DNA of 10,609 nucleotides from a virus. Positions 1 to 6,356 of this stretch are shown in pieces. Made by a program: the position numbers and the translations under genes. Position 1 is the stretch's first letter. Every line of letters begins with the position of its first letter. The stretch is from the UHGV virus genome UHGV-0223590, one strand, 5' to 3'. The notes beneath the pieces are model-generated. The model saw nothing but the letters and a program-made list of their open reading frames with translations. It did no database searches and was not told where the DNA came from.

Positions 1-119
1 GGTGGGTGTTAGGGGCACCCACCAGCCATCTGCTCATGCGTTGGGTTCACAAGCAAACCTCAGGCCCACTGCTTTGCGCAAAAGCAGAATGAGCCTATCA
101 GAGACAGGCTTAATGATCC

Positions 120-1169
120 ATGCTTAATACTGTAAAAATATCCAGTTGTGAGTTAATCAACGCCGACTGCCTGGAATTTATCCGGTCGTTACCCGAAAAT
201 TCTGTTGACCTGATAGTCACGGACCCGCCGTACTTTAAAGTGAAGCCTGAGGGCTGGGATAACCAGTGGAAGGGCGACGATGATTACCTGAAGTGGCTGG
301 ACCAGTGTCTGGCGCAGTTCTGGCGGGTGCTGAAACCTGCCGGAAGTCTTTACCTGTTCTGTGGTCATCGCCTGGCATCTGATATCGAAATCATGATGCG
401 TGAACGCTTCAGTGTGCTGAACCATATTATCTGGGCGAAGCCGTCCGGACGCTGGAACGGATGCAACAAGGAAAGCCTGCGGGCGTATTTCCCCGCCACA
501 GAGCGCATTCTGTTCGCGGAACATTATCAGGGGCCGTATCGTCCGAAAGATGCCGGGTATGCGGCGAAGGGCAGTGCACTGAAACAGCATGTGATGGCCC
601 CGCTGATTTCTTACTTTCGTGATGCGCGCGCGGCCCTGGGGATAACGGCAAAACAGATTGCAGATGCCACAGGAAAGAAAAACATGGTGTCGCACTGGTT
701 CAGTGCCAGTCAGTGGCAGCTACCGAACGAAAGCGATTATCTGAAATTACAGTCGCTGTTTGCCCGGGTGGCAGAAGAGAAACATCAGCGCGGTGAACTG
801 GAAAAGCCCCACCACCAGCTGGTGGATACGTATACGTCACTGAACCGGCAGTATGTGGAGCTGCAGAGTGAATATAAGCATCTGCGGCGGTATTTTGGTG
901 TGACGGCGCAGGTGCCGTACACGGATGTGTGGACACATAAACCGGTGCAGTTCTATCCCGGGAAACATCCGTGCGAAAAACCGGCAGAAATGCTGCAGCA
1001 GATAATCAGCGCAAGCAGTCGTCCGGGTGACCTGGTTGCAGATTTTTTTATGGGCTCAGGTTCAACGGTAAAAGCGGCACTGGCGCTCGGGCGTCGTGCG
1101 ATTGGCGTTGAACTGGAGACCGGACGTTTTGAGCAGACAGTCAGGGAAGTTCAGGATTTAATCGTTTGA
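120..1169 (+). CDS. DNA methyltransferase, beta-class (N6-adenine or N4-cytosine), phage-type orphan
   Basis: 349-aa ORF. DPPY (motif IV) near the N-terminus in ...LIVTDPPYF..., and F-x-G-S-G-S-T (motif I, AdoMet binding) near the C-terminus in ...DFFMGSGSTV.... The IV-before-I order is typical of beta-class amino-MTases. The ORF starts right after an in-frame stop at 114-116, so 120 is the only ATG start. Confidence 0.85.
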   Translation: MLNTVKISSCELINADCLEFIRSLPENSVDLIVTDPPYFKVKPEGWDNQWKGDDDYLKWLDQCLAQFWRVLKPAGSLYLFCGHRLASDIEIMMRERFSVLNHIIWAKPSGRWNGCNKESLRAYFPATERILFAEHYQGPYRPKDAGYAAKGSALKQHVMAPLISYFRDARAALGITAKQIADATGKKNMVSHWFSASQWQLPNESDYLKLQSLFARVAEEKHQRGELEKPHHQLVDTYTSLNRQYVELQSEYKHLRRYFGVTAQVPYTDVWTHKPVQFYPGKHPCEKPAEMLQQIISASSRPGDLVADFFMGSGSTVKAALALGRRAIGVELETGRFEQTVREVQDLIV

Positions 1170-1218
1170 AACGGATGAGATTGCAGAATTAATTACGCAC
1201 CATTATTATTCTGCTCCC

Positions 1219-1294
1219 GGCCCTTTAGCTCAGTGGTGAGAGCGAGCGACTCATAATCGCCAGGTCGCTGGTTCAAATCCAGCAAGGGCCACCA
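1219..1294 (+). tRNA. ileZ: tRNA-Ile2 (anticodon CAU, ileX/ileZ-like; formally Met by anticodon alone)
   Basis: 76 nt, GGCCCTTTAGCTCAGTGGTGAGAGCGAGCGACTCATAATCGCCAGGTCGCTGGTTCAAATCCAGCAAGGGCCACCA. Cloverleaf folds by hand: 7-bp acceptor stem GGCCCTT/AAGGGCC, anticodon loop ctCATaa, T-loop TTCAAAT, encoded CCA. Closely resembles E. coli ileX as I recall it. Gene symbol is by analogy to the ileZ-argN-argO array of Stx phages. Confidence 0.85.
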
Positions 1295-1303
1295 TATCAC
1301 ATA

Positions 1304-1380
1304 CCACCATTAGCTCATCGGGATAGAGCGCCAGCCTTCGAAGCTGGTTGCGCGGGGTTCGAGTTCTCGATGGCGGTCCA
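1304..1380 (+). tRNA. tRNA-Arg (anticodon UCG)
   Basis: 77 nt. D-stem GCTC/GAGC, perfect anticodon stem CCAGC/GCTGG, anticodon loop ctTCGaa, T-loop TTCGAGT, encoded CCA. The acceptor stem has one A-C mismatch and the T-stem has G-U pairs; the 5' boundary is +/- 2 nt. Confidence 0.7.
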
Positions 1381-1394
1381 TTTATCGGTATTCT

Positions 1395-1468
1395 GCGTTG
1401 TTAGCTCAGCCGGACAGAGCAATTGCCTTCTAAGCAGCTGTGGTTGCACTCCTGTTGTTTCTGGTGGT
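1395..1468 (+). pseudogene. Degenerate tRNA-Arg(UCU)-like sequence (argU-like 5' half, broken T-arm and acceptor 3' strand)
   Basis: GCGTTGTTAGCTCAGCCGGACAGAGCAATTGCCTTCTAAGCAGC gives acceptor 5' strand, D-arm and an anticodon arm with loop ctTCTaa (anticodon UCU). Downstream there is no T-stem (GGTTGCACTCCTG instead of GGTTCGAATCC with pairing flanks) and no complement to GCGTTGT. The 3' end is approximate. Confidence 0.4.
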
Positions 1469-1614
1469 GATGGTGGACTTCAGCAGCCGGATAATGTCGG
1501 TGCTGTCTGATGGTGTTTTGGTGGCGGGTGTGTGGTTGTTGCTTTCCCGTTGCTGAAAAAGAAAGCATCAGGCGATTAGCAGGGTATCAGTTACCCGTTG
1601 AAATTTTTAAATAC

Positions 1615-1834
1615 CTCACAATTCCACAGCTTGATGATTGTCTGGCTGCCGGAGAATTTGTTAAAAATTACATCGCATGGTGAATCCCCCTCAGCGGCGG
1701 GGCATCTGGCAAAGTGTATGATCCAGAGAACATGCAAATTCAGTAGACAGGCTGAATTTACCGGGAGTCCCCTGGCACCATGCGACAGACAGAAATTAGG
1801 CTATACTTCAGCCCCTCTCCGGAGGGGCTTTTCT
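1615..1834 (+). repeat. Repeat copy A (~220 bp), ends in terminator-like hairpin
   Basis: Aligns by eye with 2083-2301 over its length. Shared blocks include TTGTCTGGC, GTTAAAAA(T)T, GCATGGTGAATCCCCCT, a CCCCT-N6-AGGGG hairpin, CACCGGGAG, GGCACCATGC and the terminal AGCCCCTCTCCGGAGGGGCT. Confidence 0.6.
1810..1834 (+). terminator. Putative intrinsic terminator (8-bp GC-rich stem, 4-nt loop, TTTCT tail)
   Basis: AGCCCCTC/TCCG/GAGGGGCT is a perfect hairpin followed by TTTCT on the + strand. There is no U-run on the opposite strand. Confidence 0.5.
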
Positions 1835-2082
1835 GTGCAGGATGTGTCACAGTTTCCTGAATTCTGAGTACTGTCCTGTTACTCAGGGTGCTATATTTTC
1901 TGACGTGATGAAAGTCTGCCGGAAGGCGGAACGTATCGGAAATGACCCAGTAGAGAAAACGTTGACTCAGATACCGATGCTGAGTTACCGGGAAACCGGC
2001 ATCACATGACCGCTATCCTTCCAGGCTCGCTCCGGCGGGCCTTTTTACTGCAGAAAACAGTTTTCCCGTAAAATGCCACGTT

Positions 2083-2301
2083 GCTCATAATTCAGGCTGG
2101 CGATTATTGTCTGGCCGGCGGGAAGTTTGTTAAAAAATTTCGCATGGTGAATCCCCCTGTGCGGAGGGGTAATCAGCGAGTAGGTATATGGGATAATCGC
2201 GGATTCAGGTGCTGGTACTGAATTCACCGGGAGGCACCCGGCACCATGCAATGGCACATAGCGCCACTCTCCAGCCCCTCTCCGGAGGGGCTGTTTATAT
2301 T
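2083..2301 (+). repeat. Repeat copy B (~220 bp), diverged copy of 1615-1834
   Basis: Same block order as copy A, with substitutions and small indels. The terminal hairpin is identical (AGCCCCTC-TCCG-GAGGGGCT). Confidence 0.6.
2273..2301 (+). terminator. Putative intrinsic terminator (same hairpin, weaker GTTTATATT tail)
   Basis: Identical 8-bp stem and loop to 1810-1829, followed by GTTTATATT. Confidence 0.35.
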
Positions 2302-2907
2302 GATTTTGTCAGATGTGAGTAAACTCCTTATGGACTTTGTTGTTTTAGCCCATAAGGACATATTTGCAGAGTGCAACGGTTATTAAAGCATTCATTCAAT
2401 ACGTTATCTGTATTTGTAGGGCATTCCTGGCTGTTTTTGATTAAATTCCAGAATGTTTTATTGAATGGTACTACGTTGTAAATGGTTACAGGTAGCACTT
2501 TGTTATTGAGCATGATGCCTGTGTGAGTCAGTGTAAATATACTTTCAGGAGGTAAGAAAGCATCCGATTGATACCAGATTATTAATTTTATTTTACTCCA
2601 TATGACTGAAAAAGATATTCCGCATGATGGCTGGATAACTGTATCAATCACAATCCACTTCATTTAGTTTCCTTGTTTATGCCTTGCTGGTGATGTTCTG
2701 AAAAGTATAAATGATATTTTTGAATTAAACCATAGAGCAGAATTATTTTTCTGATGTTGTTTATTGTTTATTTAAATGCAGGGTGGTTTATATCTCGTCT
2801 TGTAGTTTATCCATGCATATCTGCTTGATGATGAGGTTTTTATTTAAGGTATGGTTTTGTGTTTTTTCTGTATTACATGTCAGGTATTTTAAAGAATCAT
2901 TTTTCAG

Positions 2908-4401
2908 ATGGTGGAAAGAACCATGGCATTTAAACACTATGATGTTGTCAGGGCGGCGTCGCCGTCAGATCTTGCGGAAAAGCTGACACATAAACTGAAA
3001 GAGGGCTGGCAGCCGTTTGGTAGTCCGGTGGCCATAACCCCTTATACCCTGATGCAGGCGATTGCAGCAGAAGGTGATGTGGTCGTCAGTGGTGCAACTG
3101 AGCCGGAGTGGTACTACGTCATCGTACTGGCCGGGCAATCCAATGCCATGGCTTACGGTGAAGGGCTTCCGCTTCCGGATTCATACGATGCGCCCCATCC
3201 GCGCATTAAGCAACTGGCCCGTCGTAACACAGTGACTCCCGGTGGTGAAGTATGCGTATTTAACGACATCATTCCTGCTGACCATTGTCTGCATGATGTT
3301 CAGGATATGAGTACGATTAATCATCCCCGGGCTGACCTGAGCAAAGGGCAGTACGGCTGTGTCGGACAGGGCTTACATATTGCCAAAAAACTGCTTCCGT
3401 ATATCCCTAATAACGCGGGGATCCTGCTGGTACCATGCTGTCGTGGTGGTTCGGCATTCACCCAGGGCACGGAGGGGACATTCAGCGAGTCCACGGGGGC
3501 CAGTCAGGATTCGGCTCGCTGGGGAGTGGGTAAGCCGTTATATCAGGATCTGCTTTTCCGCACGAAGGCAGCATTGCAGAAAAACCCGAAAAACGTTTTG
3601 CTGGCGATATGCTGGATGCAGGGGGAATTCGATATGACGAATGCCAGTTACGCCCAGCAGCCAGCAGCATTTCTTGCAATGGTACAGCAGTTCCGTGCTG
3701 ACCTTGCCGGGCTGGCGGCGCAGTGTCACGGTGGAAGTCCGGCATCAGTCCCCTGGATTTGTGGCGACACGACATACGCGTGGAAACAAGAACACGGTAC
3801 GCAATATGAAGTGGTATATGGTGCATATAAAGGTAAAGAATCCCAGCAGATTTATTTTGTTCCCTTTATGACCGATGGTAGCGGAGTTAATACACCGACA
3901 AACAACCCGTCAGAAGATCCTGATATTGCCGGGTCTGGTTATTACGGTTCGGCATCCCGAACGAACAAAAACTGGGTATCATCAAATCGCCCGACGCATT
4001 TCAGCTCATGGGCGCGTCGTGGCATTATTCCCGATCGTATGGCAACTGCTATTCTGAACGTAGCCGGTCGCACCTTAGCCTTCATTAGTGGTAAGGCACC
4101 GGAAATCAAACCCTCGCCCGGCGGCGACACGCCATCGGGGCCGTCTGAAGATGCATCCGTACGCACAATCTCCCTGTTGCCGACAGCCGGAGATGCTGCT
4201 GCGCAGGGCTGGAGCATTAAGAATGGCGGAATTCAGTTGTCAGATGGTGTATTTAAGATCACCAAGCAGAGCAATAAAACCTGGTCCCTGATGCATCCGG
4301 TGGATGACGCAGTCTCCCTGCTGACACGGGGTGGCAGACTGAGCTGTAAGTTTCGACTGTCAGGCGCACTGACCAACAACCAGTTCGGTCTGGGAATTTA
4401 G
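2908..4401 (+). CDS. nanS-p: Prophage-encoded NanS-p-like sialate O-acetylesterase (DUF1737-like N-terminal domain + SGNH/DUF303 esterase)
   Basis: 497-aa ORF. The N-terminus (MAFKHYDVVRAASPSDLAEKLTHKLKEGWQPFGSP...) matches the small DUF1737-type domain typical of these phage proteins. An SGNH block-I-like GQSNAMAYGEG follows. Sitting downstream of the late-region tRNA array is the canonical nanS-p position in Stx/lambdoid prophages. An alternative start at ATG 2923 (MAFKHYDV) is plausible. Confidence 0.8.
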   Translation: MVERTMAFKHYDVVRAASPSDLAEKLTHKLKEGWQPFGSPVAITPYTLMQAIAAEGDVVVSGATEPEWYYVIVLAGQSNAMAYGEGLPLPDSYDAPHPRIKQLARRNTVTPGGEVCVFNDIIPADHCLHDVQDMSTINHPRADLSKGQYGCVGQGLHIAKKLLPYIPNNAGILLVPCCRGGSAFTQGTEGTFSESTGASQDSARWGVGKPLYQDLLFRTKAALQKNPKNVLLAICWMQGEFDMTNASYAQQPAAFLAMVQQFRADLAGLAAQCHGGSPASVPWICGDTTYAWKQEHGTQYEVVYGAYKGKESQQIYFVPFMTDGSGVNTPTNNPSEDPDIAGSGYYGSASRTNKNWVSSNRPTHFSSWARRGIIPDRMATAILNVAGRTLAFISGKAPEIKPSPGGDTPSGPSEDASVRTISLLPTAGDAAAQGWSIKNGGIQLSDGVFKITKQSNKTWSLMHPVDDAVSLLTRGGRLSCKFRLSGALTNNQFGLGI

Positions 4402-4610
4402 TGCTGGCGAGCCTTGACGGGCTGATCTCCTATGCAGCAAAGGTTCATCTCAAAGTAAGACGAACGCTATGACAAACCAAGATTCTATAGACCTATCTGA
4501 TCTTCGTGGAATGGTCAGTTTTCCAGACAAAAGGTAATCACCATAGTCGTATGGCTATGAATCTTGTTGCTGCAGATAAGCATTTTGTGATTGAAGTGGT
4601 CAAATCTCTC

Positions 4611-4639
4611 AAATGCAGTAAAATGCAGTGCGCTATAAT
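4611..4639 (+). promoter_or_regulatory. Putative sigma70 promoter for the 206-aa gene (perfect -10 TATAAT at 4634-4639, weak -35), overlapped by a tandem 9-bp direct repeat
   Basis: TATAAT lies 28 nt upstream of ATG 4668, with SD AAGGAG at 4655-4660. AAATGCAGT occurs at 4611-4619 and again at 4621-4629. Confidence 0.4.
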
Positions 4640-4667
4640 TCAATAACGGAGGGAGTAAGGAGAAGTC

Positions 4668-5288
4668 ATGAAAGATCAAGATGTTAGGTTCGCGGTGCAT
4701 CATAAGCTTTTGAAAGAATCGCATTTAGATCCAGACTGCCTTGTGGTCGATGAATTTTCCATATCCCTTGGCGCCAGTAGAGCAGACATTGCTGTAATAA
4801 ATGGTGTTATACACGGGTACGAGCTCAAAAGTGAATATGACTCTTTGGAGCGTTTGCCTCTTCAAATCAAGCATTATTCTTCTGTAATGGACAAGGTTAC
4901 TCTTGTCGTAGCTGAGAAACACCTTGAGGGAGCATTAAAGTTAATTCCAGGTTGGTGGGGCGTTAAAACGGTTTCTGTTGGGCCAAAAGGCGCCATTCTT
5001 ATAAAGCACATGCGTGGAGAAAAGCTTAATCGAAACCATGACACATTGATGCTCGCTCAATTGCTTTGGAAAGATGAATGTATCGACGTACTTGAACGAT
5101 GGGGCTATTCCAAAGGAATCAAAAGCAAGCCCCGATTTGAGTTATGGAATATTATTGCGGAAAATATTCCAATAGCGAATCTCAGGCTTGAAGTCAGAAC
5201 AGCCTTAAAGAAACGCGTAGGCTGGAAAGTTAAGGCTTGGCAGGCTGAGTCTGCGCCAACCAATAAAGCTGTCTCACGACTAACGTAA
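4668..5288 (+). CDS. Hypothetical protein, 206 aa, with PD-(D/E)xK-like motif arrangement (putative nuclease)
   Basis: ORF with strong SD (AAGGAG, 7-nt spacer) and an upstream TATAAT. Carries ...VVDEFSI...SRADIAVING..HGYELKSEYD..., i.e. E29, D39, E52-x-K54 spaced like a restriction-endonuclease-fold core. Lies in AT-rich DNA unlike the flanking phage genes. Confidence 0.65.
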   Translation: MKDQDVRFAVHHKLLKESHLDPDCLVVDEFSISLGASRADIAVINGVIHGYELKSEYDSLERLPLQIKHYSSVMDKVTLVVAEKHLEGALKLIPGWWGVKTVSVGPKGAILIKHMRGEKLNRNHDTLMLAQLLWKDECIDVLERWGYSKGIKSKPRFELWNIIAENIPIANLRLEVRTALKKRVGWKVKAWQAESAPTNKAVSRLT

Positions 5289-6297
5289 TATGGTGCGTAT
5301 GTGCAACTTTACGCCATTCTTTAGAGCCGCCAGATTTGTTAGCGCCTAATGATCTTTGGTAAATGTAATCATCCCCCCAACTAAATTTGGAGCCAAAGAC
5401 TTGATACTCTGGCGAACTAACAAGGGTAGTACATAAGTTTTTAGTTTGGCCCCATCCATTTCCTTTAACTGCGGTACCTTTTACAAAGATCCATGAGGTA
5501 TCGTTCGAATATCTCACTGAGACATACTGAGACATGAAGCGTGGGTCTACGCTCGTAATGGTAGAGCTAGCGGTGGGATAATCACTAAAACTTGGCGTTC
5601 TTCCATTGCTAAAATTCTGTACTACGTACATCCAAAGATCGTATTCATGGCGCGGAATATGATGAACTTGATGTTGCGGTATCCCTGCCTGTGATGCCGG
5701 GTATGCGGTTGAAGATAAAATCAAGTTTCTCCACGGAGCTTGGCCTGATAATGTGTTGACCATGCTTAATGCTTGTTGTTTTAAACTATCAGTTGCGTTT
5801 TGAATATCTCCAAAATCAATGATTACATCAATTAAACTAGGATGAATATTTAAGTGGTTAACCAGACTTGTGAATTGGTGCCATGTCTGGGGGGTGATAG
5901 ATATAGCGAGCCCATTGATTAAGTTGCGTTGAACAGCATGTATATAGTTTGTTGAATATGCGGGAGAAACAACAGGGATAATTTCCTTACCATTTACTCT
6001 AGCATCTTGGATACACATATCTAGAGGATGATGGCGGCTCGAACCATGTTTATCTAAATATTTAACATCCAGCAAAACAGGACGATTGGCTTTCCAGGAT
6101 GCCGCAAGGTTAATACCGAAGTCAGATAAGTAAGAACTCAAACTCTTCTTGTAGCATTCGTTTTCATAATCCCAGTCTATGTCTGGAATGGTAATGATCG
6201 GAGTAAAACCAGAGAGCGTAGTTTGATCTAAAAGCATCAGAGATTCATATTCAGCAGGCTTCCATTTCAGCTGTGGATAATATTGATGTTGACTCAT
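5230..6297 (-). CDS. Hypothetical protein, 355 aa, partner of the 206-aa gene (convergent, 59-bp 3' overlap)
   Basis: Long minus-strand ORF with a strong SD (AAGGAG, 6 nt before ATG, seen as CTCCTT at 6303-6308 on +). AT-rich like its partner. No catalytic motif I can assign by eye. Confidence 0.65.
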   Translation of the reverse strand: MSQHQYYPQLKWKPAEYESLMLLDQTTLSGFTPIITIPDIDWDYENECYKKSLSSYLSDFGINLAASWKANRPVLLDVKYLDKHGSSRHHPLDMCIQDARVNGKEIIPVVSPAYSTNYIHAVQRNLINGLAISITPQTWHQFTSLVNHLNIHPSLIDVIIDFGDIQNATDSLKQQALSMVNTLSGQAPWRNLILSSTAYPASQAGIPQHQVHHIPRHEYDLWMYVVQNFSNGRTPSFSDYPTASSTITSVDPRFMSQYVSVRYSNDTSWIFVKGTAVKGNGWGQTKNLCTTLVSSPEYQVFGSKFSWGDDYIYQRSLGANKSGGSKEWRKVAHTHHITLVVRQLYWLAQTQPAKP

Positions 6298-6327
6298 TAA
6301 AACTCCTTAAAATCTTTACTTATCCTA

Positions 6328-6356
6328 AGTATAGTGTTATGGCGTAACGCCAATTG
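6328..6356 (-). promoter_or_regulatory. Putative promoter/operator for the 355-aa gene (-10 TATACT; inverted repeat TGGCG-N3-CGCCA in spacer/-35 region)
   Basis: On the minus strand TATACT lies about 30 nt upstream of the start codon. The palindrome TGGCGTAACGCCA (6340-6352) sits immediately upstream of it. Confidence 0.3.

Noticed and set aside
64-82. Hairpin CTGCTTT-GCGCA-AAAGCAG near the end of the upstream ORF
   Set aside because: It lies inside coding sequence and lacks a U-run, so it is not supported as a terminator.
3-92. Open frame reading into the window and stopping at 90-92 (...LLCAKAE*)
   Set aside because: Probably the 3' end of an upstream gene, but too short to identify. Not listed as a feature.
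189-936. Minus-strand ORFs (168, 74, 78 aa) inside the methyltransferase gene
   Set aside because: They are antisense to a well-supported CDS with clear MTase motifs, and have no RBS or recognisable domain. Most likely frame artefacts.
1598-1867. 89-aa + ORF overlapping repeat copy A
   Set aside because: It lies within a duplicated noncoding-looking unit; the corresponding frame in copy B is not conserved; no RBS.
2045-2257. 70-aa minus-strand ORF within repeat copy B
   Set aside because: Same reasoning: not conserved between the two repeat copies, no RBS.
1470-2907. Search for stxA/stxB or remnants after the tRNA array
   Set aside because: No ORF of suitable length and no stretch translating to anything like Stx A or B subunits in any frame that I could recognise.
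3359-4291. Multiple short ORFs on both strands inside nanS-p
   Set aside because: Nested within or antisense to a long, motif-bearing CDS.
4402-4560. Short hairpin CATAG-N8-CTATG near 4542-4559
   Set aside because: Only a 5-bp stem with no U-tract, indistinguishable from chance in AT-rich DNA.
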